From contig CAVOXA010000022.1 in the NCBI GenBank assembly GCA_963700285.1, positions 128,001 to 192,000 on the forward strand: a stretch of DNA of 64,000 bases. Direction: 5' to 3'. Both the position numbers and the translations under genes were made by a program. This document shows positions 18,275 to 27,907 of this stretch, in pieces. The stretch comes from an uncultured Chloroflexia bacterium (GTDB lineage: Bacteria > Chloroflexota > Anaerolineae > JAAYZQ01). The number at the start of each line of letters is the position of its first letter. The stretch's first letter is position 1. The notes under the pieces were generated by a model. It saw nothing but the letters and a program-made list of their open reading frames with translations, searched no databases and had not been told where the DNA came from.

Positions 18275-20209
18275 ATGGCATCAGGATCAGGCACCGGAAC
18301 ACCTGCAACCGCCTCAACCGCGCCAACCCTAAACACCCTGCGCGACCGTATTCGCGTACAACTCGAAAACGCCTGGGGTACACCAGACCCCCTCCCCGTC
18401 ATGGTCTCAAGCGAAACCCTGACAACCCTCCGCGCCCGCCTCAAGCTACACCTGCAGGATTCGGGCAACCAGCAATACGCCAACGCCAACCTCGACGAGG
18501 CAATCGAAAAGGCCCTCGAAGAGTACAACCGATCCGACCCGCGCCTGACCGAGGCGACCCTGACCCTGGCCGCGGACGGCCACGAGGTTGATATCTCCTC
18601 CCTCACGTCCCTGCTTCGCGTACACAAGGTCTGGCACCCCTACGACTCCGACACGCCCAGGTTACCCGCCCAACTGGGTGCAATTCGAGGTCTGGCCCGG
18701 TAACATCCTCTACATCGACAAACGCACAGAACCACAGACAGGCGAGAAGGTACGCCTTTGGTACACGACCCCCTGCCTCCTGTCCGGCCTCAACGGCAGC
18801 CTCGAGCACAACCATACCCGCCGACGACATCACCTACATTATCAACGGCGCCGCCTACTACGCCGCCCGCGAGGCAGCGATCCAGGGCGTGTACACGACA
18901 CGCGGCATACCCGAACCCACGTCAGCCACGGCCAGCACCGAGACCCTGACCACTCTCCGCGATCGCGTAGAGACCGCCCTGCAGGATAGCACCAATCTCC
19001 GCTGGGCGACGGCCGACATTGACGAGGCTATTGAAGCCGTCCTCGAAGAGTACAACGCCACAAACCCGCCCCTGGCCATCCATGACCACACCGTCAGCAC
19101 GGCCGGCAGGGAGCAGACCGTCAGCATCACCGGCTTAATTGAAGTCAAAGCGGTCTGGTGGCCCTACACGGCCGCCTCCCTCGAGTATCCGCCCGAGTTT
19201 GTGGACTTTGTCCAACTTCCCGGCAGCATCATCGCCGTGGACACACCCACCGCGCCCCAGGTCTCGGATCATATCCGGATCTGGCACACCGCCCACGCCA
19301 CGATCTCCGGCCTCAACGCCGCCGGCAGCACAACCGTCCTGGCCACACACATCCCCTACCTGCTGGCCGGCGCCGCGTCTCTGTGCGCCAGGTCGCGAGC
19401 CGTCGAGCTTTCCGAGACGCTCAACGTTGACGAGGATGTCGTCAACCGCCTCACAACCTACGCCAACGACCAAGCCAAAGTCTACGCCCGCGCGCTACGA
19501 CCTGCGGACGTGCCCGAACCACTCACCTCCACAGCCATTGACAAGCTACTCGACCTGGGCCAACGAACAGGGTAAATCGTTCCGCTATGGCGTCCGCAAA
19601 GACTCGCCCTCCTGGTGGAGGTACGCCTACGCTTTCGACCAGCGCGACATTGACGAATCGATCCGCTGGGCGCTCGGTCGCTTCAACGAAATCGCGCCCC
19701 AGGAGACCATCACCAGCCTGACCCTGACCTCCGCCGGCCGTGAGGTTGACCTGTCCAGCATCACCGACCTGCTCAGAGTGACCCGCGTCTGGTGGCCCTA
19801 CTCCTCCAGCTCACCCACGTTCCCGCCCAACTGGGTATCGTACGAGGTTTGGGGCGACACCCTCTTTATCGACTCTGACTCAGAACCCCAATCAGGCGAC
19901 GTCGTGCGCGTTTGGTACGTCCGCCTGTGCACGGTCAACGGCCTCGACGACGCCACAGCCACAACCCTCCCATCCGACGCCGAAACCCTCCTGGTCACAG
20001 GCGCCGCCGGCTACGTGGCCGAAGAGCGGATCACCGAAAAGCCCGGCTGGCGCGTCCCTCGCGACCTCAAAGAATGGGCCATCGCCCGCCTGCACGACTT
20101 TGAGCGCGGCCTCAAAGCCCACAGCCGCCGGCTAGCCAGCCAACACGCCGGCATTATCGCCACCCAACCCATGGACCGCTGGGAGCAACGCGATGACAGC
20201 AGCTGGTAG
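18275..20209 (+). CDS. Head-tail adaptor/ring-like protein with three tandem domains; frameshifts near 18655, 18800 and 19550
   Basis: Three copies of (L/I)DE(A/S)I..AL..(Y/F)N...GREV.(I/L)S...V..VW.PY....PP..V...P..G..VR.W...GL....TT.....GAA, spread over ORFs 18275, 18588, 18889 and 19139. Confidence 0.65.
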
Positions 20210-20266
20210 TCCACACACCCGACCTGACAGGTCCAAGGCAGACCTGTCAGGTCTACATCTATATAA

Positions 20267-20296
20267 AATTCGTGTAATTCGTGTAATTCGTGGCAA
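20267..20296 (+). repeat. 9-nt array 6
   Basis: AATTCGTGT AATTCGTGT AATTCGTGG CAA, fused to the AAGGAG RBS. Confidence 0.9.
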
Positions 20297-20309
20297 GGAG
20301 CCCTAACCC

Positions 20310-21090
20310 ATGCAAATAGCATACCCATTCGCCAAGCCCTACCCCATCACCGACGACTACGCCGCCCACGTCGCCCGCAACTCCACCGCCCCCGGCATAG
20401 ACTTCGCCGCGCCCATGCAAGACGCCCATTCTCGCGCCCTTTTACGGCACCGTCCGCGCCTCCAAGACCTACACCCTGGGCGGCCGCGGCTTCTGGATTC
20501 ACAGCACCGAACACCCCAACGCGCAGGTATACTACGCCCACCTGTCTTGTCTCTGCCTGCTGGCCGGTGAGCCAGTCAAGCCCGGCCAGGTCATCGGCTA
20601 CACCGGCCGCACAGGAAACGCAACCGGCCCATGCCTCCACTTCTCGCTCGAGCTCGACGGCGCCTACACCGACCCGGCCCCGTACCTGTCGCCGGCGCCA
20701 GACGCCCAGTCGCCCTCCCCCCCTCTCCCCCTCTCCCCCTCTCCCCCTCCCTCCCTCGCCTGGGCCCACACCGTACCAAGAGAAGGAAGGGTTGAAATGG
20801 AACTCGACGAAGCAGAGGAAAACATCATCATCGAAGCCCACGCCGCCGCCGGCCAGCATGACACCCTCGACGACGCCGTCAGAGAACCCGCCTACCGCTT
20901 CCTGCAGGTCCCGCGCAACGAAGGCGCCGCCCTGCTGAAATACGCACGCGCCCACGACCTCGGAGCAGCCATCACACCAGAATTCTACGTCACCATGGGA
21001 GACGTCACCTACTGCTGCCAAGGCTACGCCCTCGCCCTGGTCACCTGCGTCAAAGACGACTGGGCCAACATCCAACACTTACAATGGTAA
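20310..21090 (+). CDS. M23-family peptidase-like protein with Pro/Ser linker and C-terminal domain; frameshift near 20420
   Basis: PGIDFAAP...TPILAPFYGTV...YYAHLS...VKPGQVIGYTGRTGNATGPCLHF...DPAPYL; this frame runs into ORF 20797..21090. Confidence 0.75.
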
Positions 21091-21102
21091 ACCACCCGCC
21101 CC

Positions 21103-21183
21103 GACCCTTAGGGTCTGGTTTTGACCCTAAGGGTCTAACTTGGTACGGCACGGCGCCATCGAGGGACCAGCCCACCGTACCAA
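21103..21183. repeat. Two intergenic palindromes
   Basis: GACCCTTAGGGTC...GACCCTAAGGGTC (also at 42071-42103) and TTGGTACGG...CCGTACCAA (related IRs at 12971-13015 and 14898-14942). Confidence 0.7.
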
Positions 21184-21201
21184 ACCGAGGAGGAATAACC
21201 C

Positions 21202-22629
21202 ATGCCAGCCGTTAAGCTAGTCCGCCAATACCTAAACCAATGGTCACAAGCAGGCAGACACATTCACCAAAACGCGGGCGACTTTTACCAATCAACCGGA
21301 CTCTATCCCACACTTGACCGTCAAGAACTACGACGAGCGCCAGCAGTGTCCAGCCATCTAACCCACACCGGCTTGACTGGCGTGCATGGCATGTTCTACG
21401 ACGCAGCCAACGCCCGCTACGTACTCGTCGGAACCGACACATCATCTGACCTTGCGTGCACCTACTTCTCTAGCGCATGGTCTCACGTCGGCAGCACATA
21501 CCAGATGAACGGTTCTTGTTCTGTCCTTGACGGTCTGCCCCTGCGTAATCTGTTCTATGCTCACGGTAATCTCTGGTACCTCGCTGACACCGAAATGAAG
21601 TACAACAGCGCGTACACTTCCTCCGGTGATGGATCCTTTGGCTCTGACCCTGGAGTGCTCCTGACCTACGTCGGCGGAAGGATCTACTTGGTACAAAGCG
21701 ACATGCGCACCTATCGCACACTGACCGACGGCTCTGCCATGGACGGACACTACAACCCGGCCAACAATCTGATCCCACTCTTTGCCACAGGTCTCAAAGA
21801 CGACCTGCTGATCGTCGGACGCATGGAATCAGGAGAGATTCGGGTCTTCAGAACACCCGCCTATGCCAAGACCTCCACGCGCAAGCTAGAAGACATGGCC
21901 GTTCTTCCCAACGACACGGCCGCCTATTCCTCCGGTGGATGTCCCTTTGCCACCCACGACAACGACCTCTATCTCCTATCCGGCGACATGCCCAACCCTG
22001 ACGGAACCGTCACCCGAGACCTGCTGGCCTACACCGGCTATCGACTCGAGAGGATCGCCCGCATATCCAACGGCACCGCCAGCCCTCTGGCCTGCGGCTT
22101 GCTGACTTGGCGTGGTGAGCTGATCTACTACCAGATCACCGCCTCCACCGCAACGCTCAAGATGCTTGTCGGTAACGCGCTCATCGACCTGGTTGACGTC
22201 ACCAGCTATTCAGGCACTGGAACCGTTCCCTTTGTCGCCTGTCTAGCCAACGAGATTCTCCTGACCGGCCTCAGCGGCGCGACTCAGGGAATCTATCACC
22301 TGGGCGGCGCATCACTTCAGAACGGCAACGTCGAAACCGCCTACCTCGACGGAGGTATGCCAGGTGTCAAGAAACGGCTGATCACCCTGTCGATGCACGT
22401 AAAAAGCCCCACGTCCGCCACAGTCAAAACGCTGAGCTACAAAACCGACGACGCCACAAGCTACACCCAGGCCGGCACCGCTACGAGCATAACCGCCACC
22501 CTGTCAGCCACCGACCTGGGCGTAGAGTTCTACCGCCTCCGGATCAAAGCCGCCCTGGCCGACACTTCCACAACCGCAGACGCACGCATAGCCGGCATAT
22601 CCTACACTTACGCCGTAGGAGACGAGTAA
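21202..22629 (+). CDS. Beta-propeller-like virion protein, possible podovirus-type nozzle/head-closure protein
   Basis: 475 aa, GAGGAGG RBS. Repeated beta-strand blades and a C-terminal VETAYLDGGMPGVKKRL...FYRLRIKA segment resembling P22 gp10/T7 gp12-like ends (inference). Confidence 0.5.
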   Translation: MPAVKLVRQYLNQWSQAGRHIHQNAGDFYQSTGLYPTLDRQELRRAPAVSSHLTHTGLTGVHGMFYDAANARYVLVGTDTSSDLACTYFSSAWSHVGSTYQMNGSCSVLDGLPLRNLFYAHGNLWYLADTEMKYNSAYTSSGDGSFGSDPGVLLTYVGGRIYLVQSDMRTYRTLTDGSAMDGHYNPANNLIPLFATGLKDDLLIVGRMESGEIRVFRTPAYAKTSTRKLEDMAVLPNDTAAYSSGGCPFATHDNDLYLLSGDMPNPDGTVTRDLLAYTGYRLERIARISNGTASPLACGLLTWRGELIYYQITASTATLKMLVGNALIDLVDVTSYSGTGTVPFVACLANEILLTGLSGATQGIYHLGGASLQNGNVETAYLDGGMPGVKKRLITLSMHVKSPTSATVKTLSYKTDDATSYTQAGTATSITATLSATDLGVEFYRLRIKAALADTSTTADARIAGISYTYAVGDE

Positions 22630-22664
22630 CCCTATCTTTCCCTGGCGTCTTTGCGAGACATTAC

Positions 22665-22703
22665 CATTCTTCTAATTCGTGTAATTCGTGAAATTCGTGG
22701 CAG
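22665..22703 (+). repeat. 9-nt array 7
   Basis: CATTCTTCT AATTCGTGT AATTCGTGA AATTCGTGG CAG, then GAGG RBS. Confidence 0.9.
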
Positions 22704-22715
22704 AGAGGACTAATC

Positions 22716-23117
22716 ATGGCCCTAACGATCATCATCACACCCATCCTGCGTACAATCAAGATCAACCCCGTACTCTACCAGCCGCCCACCGACACCCCGC
22801 CCGAGGTACCGATCGTCGGTGATGAACTCTATGGCACCGTCGACGAAGCCCTGCCACCCGAAGACCCGGCCGAGGAGGAGACAATTGAAATACCGCGCCT
22901 GGTCTACGCCAGCCGCAACCCACGAACGCCATGCCCGGTCTGCAAGCCCATGCTCGGCACCGTCTGGCAACTGGGCTGCCAGCCACGCCTGCCACGACAC
23001 GAGAACTGCATGTGCTTCTACCAGGAAACCTGGACAGCCGAAACCAAGAACCGGCCCCGCTTCAAGCACAAGCCCGCCAACCAAGCCGCCGCCGAGGACA
23101 AACTGATCCTGATCTAG
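22716..23117 (+). CDS. Minor head protein-like (Mu gpF/SPP1 gp7 C-terminal motif)
   Basis: RTPCPVCKPMLG...LPRHENCMC matches the CxxC...PxHxNCxC signature. Confidence 0.65.
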   Translation: MALTIIITPILRTIKINPVLYQPPTDTPPEVPIVGDELYGTVDEALPPEDPAEEETIEIPRLVYASRNPRTPCPVCKPMLGTVWQLGCQPRLPRHENCMCFYQETWTAETKNRPRFKHKPANQAAAEDKLILI

Positions 23118-23371
23118 CCGGCTTTTCCTCTCCTGGGCTGCGTCGACCACGGGCCACTGCGGAGCCTTTTGCTAGCATTCGGGGAAATCAAGATCTGCTG
23201 GCAACAGGTGTGTGTAGGCTGCCTGACCTGAGCTGCCTACAGGTTGTGACAGGTGGGCGGTGCCAAGTGGCCGGGTGGTTCGGGGTACTGGTCTGTGATT
23301 GGTAGTAGACCGATAGGTGAGGCTACTGGCTTGGCCGGGATCCGGAGAGTGTATGCTGTTTCCGTGATGCA

Positions 23372-25837
23372 TCAAGGGGCTTGGGCCAAGACCTCGAACA
23401 CCCAGGTGCCATCCCTCGAGAATAGTTGGCGGTAGTGGTCGTTGTCTGCAAGACTCGAAGGCGAGAGTATACCGCCGCGAGCACCGACATAGACGTGACT
23501 GATGCCCTGTTCGCAAAGCACAGGCCACAGGGCCTCCGGATTCAGGGCCTCGCGGTAAACCGCATTGCAGAACTCTTCCATCCTCCAGAACGCCTCAGCA
23601 GAGCCCATACCGTATAGCGCGGGAGGGGGCATGGTCCGTCTACCGGTCAGTGGCGCGATCCAGTAGCCCCCGTCGTGCCCGACGCAGCTATGCTCGTACC
23701 AGGGTGTGGGATTGATCAGGAATATCGCGTTTTCTGGTACATTGCTTCGGATCCAGTGTATGGCTGCGTCATCGGCCCGCCGGTATAGCGCCGTGTCTGG
23801 GTTCAGGATCGGTAGCATGGTCCAGGCACCGAACAGTATCAGTACGACGATCAGCGAAGCGATGGCCGCCCGATAGAGAGTAAGAAGACGGTCCGGAACG
23901 ACGCCGTACCAAGTGGCCAGTGTCTGGCTAACCAGAAATCCAACCAGCACTGACAAGGGGTAGAACATTGCTATCTCGACTGAAATATAGTTCACAAAGC
24001 CTGCACCTGGCAGTCCTAGCGCTCCAAGACTGGCCAGCAAGAAACACAGACTGATCCACAGTACCAGCATCGTGGCAAAGCGTTCTCTACGGTGCAGGGC
24101 CCAGGCGAGGCCCATCAGGGCCAGAACAAGAACGTATTTGCCCTGGCCAGTTGTCAGCACGTTCCAAGAGAATTTGGGAAACAGCTCTGGATTGGCTCCA
24201 GTCCAGGCTAGAAGCTTTGGCAGCCAGAGAGTGGTCCAGGCTGGCAGAAGCCAGGGCCAGGCTAGCAGAAGAACCACCAACATGAGCCCCCCGGCCCGAA
24301 GGCCGCCGGCAACAAGGACCCGCAAATGGGTTCCGGGACGGTAGCGCTGCGTTGCCCAGGATGCCAGGAGTAGACAGGCGAGGAAGGCTGTTACTTGGTA
24401 GTGTGTAAGCAGCAGTCCTGCCAGGGCGAGTCCTGTCAGAATCGAGATGCCATACCTTTTTCCCGGCCTCGCTTCCTTGCGCATCCCTGCAGGGCAAGGC
24501 GTGCCACGGAAGAGCACCCGGCGGGCCAGGGCCCACGCGGCAGGAAGGATAAGCAGCCCAGCCAACTGGGTATAGCGTCCCCAACTGGCATAGTAGGCCG
24601 GCATCGGGGAAAAGACCCCAACCACGACTGCGGCAGCCAGTCCTGCTACTCGGTCCCCGGTCAAATCTCTGGTCAAGAGGTACGCGGCAAATACCGAGAA
24701 AGCATTAAGTACCTGGCCCAGCAGCAGCATGGCCCGCGGCAGATCCAGGTCGGAAAGCCAGAGAAATGCAGCCAAAACGCTGTGGAATCCGCTGTGATAG
24801 CTGGCCGTATTGATATTCAGGAATGGGGCATAGGAGTTAGGCAACGCGCCTGCATCCACGATGAGGCTTGTCACGAGGGCATGGTGGACCGAATCTACCC
24901 AGGCTGGGGCGGCCAGGTCACGGATCATTGCCAGGCGTACAGCCAGCGACAGACCAAAGACTGCCCACAAGAAAACACTCCAGCGTCTGGGGACCTGTGA
25001 GACGCGCCAGGATCCTCTGCCAGGCTGCTTGGCTGTGTGCACTCTCTGGCGAACCAGTCTGAAGGCTGCGACCAGGACCAGTACAATCGCGCCTGCCAGG
25101 ACTGCCCGGCGGTTCCAATGCAGACCAAGCGTGGTTGTCCACAGGAGCACAAGGGGCACGCAAGCCAGGCTGAGTCCGATGGCCAGCGCGACTTGCTCGC
25201 CGTGGTCAAATCGGTGTCGCTGGCCCAGCACGTCGAGTAGCAGCCAGCCCGGGAGAAGCAACAGAACGGCAAAGGGTACGACCAGCCCTGCGTAGGGTAG
25301 CGCCGACAGCAGATCAGCCAACATGGACTCGGTATCGTAGTCATAAAGCAGGCGGAAGGCAAAATCTGAGTCGCTGGGCATGCCATCGAGCCATGCCTGA
25401 CCGCCTCCGTAAGCATCCTCGTTCCGCCCAAGAATGGTGACCGGCCCGTCAACCGCTTGTACCATTAGGTAGAAATCTTGACCGCCCTGGTTCTCTTGTA
25501 CAGGAAAACTGACCGTCACGCCTTGAGCAGCGTCTGTGGTATCCAGATCCAACCGGGTTGACGCGAGCGGCTGTGTGCTTTGGGGGTCAGAGTAGAGCGA
25601 GGCAAGAATCGACTGTTCAGCCAGGTCCGTGCCCGCCGGACTCTCTAACCATAGCTGAATGCCCGCTAGCCTGGGCCGCCTGGCAACAAGAGTCTGGCCG
25701 GCCGCGTGCCCAGCCTGTACGACTGCCACCGGCTCGCCGCGATAGACCTGTTCCGCTTCCGGGTCAGGAAGCGCGACGCAGGCTGACAGCAGGATGGTGA
25801 GCAGCAAGAGGATCGGCGCTATGCCGAAACGATACAT
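23372..25837 (-). CDS. Polytopic membrane protein, GT-C glycosyltransferase-like, with N-terminal lipobox
   Basis: LLSAC lipobox, extracellular N-domain, many TM helices, PAWVDSVHH loop, YHSGFH, SWGRYTQL. Confidence 0.65.
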   Translation of the reverse strand: MYRFGIAPILLLLTILLSACVALPDPEAEQVYRGEPVAVVQAGHAAGQTLVARRPRLAGIQLWLESPAGTDLAEQSILASLYSDPQSTQPLASTRLDLDTTDAAQGVTVSFPVQENQGGQDFYLMVQAVDGPVTILGRNEDAYGGGQAWLDGMPSDSDFAFRLLYDYDTESMLADLLSALPYAGLVVPFAVLLLLPGWLLLDVLGQRHRFDHGEQVALAIGLSLACVPLVLLWTTTLGLHWNRRAVLAGAIVLVLVAAFRLVRQRVHTAKQPGRGSWRVSQVPRRWSVFLWAVFGLSLAVRLAMIRDLAAPAWVDSVHHALVTSLIVDAGALPNSYAPFLNINTASYHSGFHSVLAAFLWLSDLDLPRAMLLLGQVLNAFSVFAAYLLTRDLTGDRVAGLAAAVVVGVFSPMPAYYASWGRYTQLAGLLILPAAWALARRVLFRGTPCPAGMRKEARPGKRYGISILTGLALAGLLLTHYQVTAFLACLLLASWATQRYRPGTHLRVLVAGGLRAGGLMLVVLLLAWPWLLPAWTTLWLPKLLAWTGANPELFPKFSWNVLTTGQGKYVLVLALMGLAWALHRRERFATMLVLWISLCFLLASLGALGLPGAGFVNYISVEIAMFYPLSVLVGFLVSQTLATWYGVVPDRLLTLYRAAIASLIVVLILFGAWTMLPILNPDTALYRRADDAAIHWIRSNVPENAIFLINPTPWYEHSCVGHDGGYWIAPLTGRRTMPPPALYGMGSAEAFWRMEEFCNAVYREALNPEALWPVLCEQGISHVYVGARGGILSPSSLADNDHYRQLFSRDGTWVFEVLAQAP

Positions 25838-25888
25838 CTCACTTGTCTCTGGACGGGTGGGTTGCCGCTCTAAGGGCCGTCGTTTCGA

Positions 25889-27769
25889 TCAGTTCGGATC
25901 GCTCCGGCCCGTACCGGACCTGCTCCGGCTGACCACAATGCCAAGTACAGCAGATAGGGTCACGATGGCAAAGCCCACTGCCTGGACCGGGGATTCGCTG
26001 GCCTGCCCGGAAAGATAACCATCCGATGGAGTTGGATAGCCTCCCTTGCCAGGGTCGGCCGATGGTGCCCAGGTGATCGTGCGCTTCTGGCTCACAGCAC
26101 CGCGCGCCGGACCACTGGGCTGACCCTCGGAACTTGCCCCTGTTTGCCGTTTGACGAGCACATACCAGGCCGTCGGTTTCAGACTGCAAAGGTAGTTGTG
26201 GCTCTTGTCCATGAAGGGATCGATGTCCTGGATCGACCAGTCGGCTTTCTTGGTCCAGATCTCGTCTGTGCCCAGGTTGTGATCGATGCTAAGTGCATAG
26301 TACTCGTCCTCAGCCAGATCGCCCACGGATGTCCAGCGGAACGTGATCTGCTCCTTGCAGCCGCTGTACGTGGCTCCGTCCTGGGGCTCTGCCAGGTCCG
26401 GTGCCGGGTGAACTGCCCGGTCTGCCGGCGCTGGGCTTGCAGAGGCTGCTGCGCGGGTGGGTTCCGGCGTACTTGGAACCGCCGTTGCTTGCTTGGTGGC
26501 CGTTGGCGAAGCAGGGCGGGTAACTGAGGCTGTAGGCGTGGCTGGCAATTGAGTCTTGGTTGGCTCTATTGTCTCGGTGGCTGACGGCGTATCGGTAGGG
26601 AGCGACGTGCTGGTTGGAGAGAGGGTTTCTGTCGGTGCCGGGCTGTGGGACGGCTCGACCTCCTCGGGCCGCGTCGCCGTTATCACCTTGACCAAAGGGG
26701 TTGGAGCCACGATAGGCTCGGGGACGCTGCTGCCGCGGATGACGATGATGACGAGGATCGCGATGGCGATGGCCAGAACGGCCATCAGGATCAGTACCCA
26801 GGGAGGAAGACGCCGTGCCGATGGTGCCGATTTGGCAGGCGGTGTTCCTGGTGGTGTTCCAGTTTCTGCCCGCTGCTTGTACGTTGCCGTAGCCGCCATC
26901 GCTGACATAGGTGCTGGAAGGATAGGTGTCTCGCCGGCCAGGGCCCGCGCCAGATCTGCCACAAAGTCTGTCAGGGATTCGTACCGGCTGGCCGGATCCT
27001 TACTGAGTGCTGCACCCAGTACCCGGTCTACACCTGGGGGCAGGCTAGCCCCCAGGTCCCGGATGGGCACAGGTGGTTCGTAGATCTGCTTGTGCAACAC
27101 GGCAAGTGGGGTCGTTCCGCCAAAGGGTGTTTGGCCGCTCAGCATCTCGTAGGCGACGATGGCCAGCGAGTAGCTGTCGGTGGCGGGCCCGACCTCCTCG
27201 CCGCGTGCTTGCTCTGGCGACATATACTCAGGCGTGCCGATGGCGCCGCCGGTTGCCGTCAGCCCGGTTTCCTGGGCGGCCTTGGCGATCCCAAAATCGG
27301 TCAGCTTGGCCTTGCCCTCACTGTCGACGAGAATGTTTGCGGGCTTGATGTCGCGGTGGACCAGTTTCCGCCGGTGAGCATAGTCGATGGCATCGGCCAG
27401 CGGATTGAGGATGGCCAGGGCTGTGTCTGCACTACCCGCCTCTCCTTTGCGGATCAGGTCGGTCAAGTCTTGGCCCTGCACGTACTCCATGACAAAATAG
27501 TACAAGTCATCCTGCTGGCCCACATCGTAGATGGTGACCAGGTTGGGGTGGTCGAGGCGCGCTGCAGCCCTCGCCTCGCGCAGAAACCGCTCGACAAAGC
27601 CTTCCTCCCAGACCAGGTGCGGGGCCAAGACCTTGATGGCCACCTCCCGATCGAGATAGGGGTCGTAGGCCAGGTAAACGATGCCCATGCCCCCCCGGCC
27701 GATCTCAGATCTGATCTCGTATTTGCCTAATTGGCCGCCAGCCAAGTCCTGGGCCATCCTTGCCTCCAT
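25889..27769 (-). CDS. Hanks-type Ser/Thr protein kinase with TM, S/T/P-rich linker and extracellular domain
   Basis: IGRGGMGIV, VAIK, HRDIKPAN, DFG, GTPEYMSPE. Confidence 0.95.
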   Translation of the reverse strand: MEARMAQDLAGGQLGKYEIRSEIGRGGMGIVYLAYDPYLDREVAIKVLAPHLVWEEGFVERFLREARAAARLDHPNLVTIYDVGQQDDLYYFVMEYVQGQDLTDLIRKGEAGSADTALAILNPLADAIDYAHRRKLVHRDIKPANILVDSEGKAKLTDFGIAKAAQETGLTATGGAIGTPEYMSPEQARGEEVGPATDSYSLAIVAYEMLSGQTPFGGTTPLAVLHKQIYEPPVPIRDLGASLPPGVDRVLGAALSKDPASRYESLTDFVADLARALAGETPILPAPMSAMAATATYKQRAETGTPPGTPPAKSAPSARRLPPWVLILMAVLAIAIAILVIIVIRGSSVPEPIVAPTPLVKVITATRPEEVEPSHSPAPTETLSPTSTSLPTDTPSATETIEPTKTQLPATPTASVTRPASPTATKQATAVPSTPEPTRAAASASPAPADRAVHPAPDLAEPQDGATYSGCKEQITFRWTSVGDLAEDEYYALSIDHNLGTDEIWTKKADWSIQDIDPFMDKSHNYLCSLKPTAWYVLVKRQTGASSEGQPSGPARGAVSQKRTITWAPSADPGKGGYPTPSDGYLSGQASESPVQAVGFAIVTLSAVLGIVVSRSRSGTGRSDPN

Positions 27770-27907
27770 GTAGACGTGCTGTTGCTTGCCTCAGTCAGAC
27801 TAGACTTTCGAGATTGCTCAACAATCGAGTTTCTGCCCAACCTCCAATGGCATGGCGTCACGCCGCTACTGCGCCCGCGCCATCGCTCCGCTGGTCCCAT
27901 CCCGAGT

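Noticed and set aside
18275-20209. Internal repeats here, and the CARDB repeats, as DGR template/variable repeats
   Set aside because: Similarity is at protein level and diverged, not adenine-specific, and no reverse transcriptase is in the window.
10241-22703. 9-nt arrays and 24-nt hairpins as a CRISPR array
   Set aside because: No regular repeat-spacer structure, copies are kilobases apart, and no cas genes are present.
8758-23117. Cluster as a tailocin, contractile injection system, encapsulin locus or complete prophage
   Set aside because: It has portal, protease and capsid but no sheath, tube, baseplate or tape measure. No cargo gene, integrase, tRNA or att-like direct repeat was seen at the flanks.
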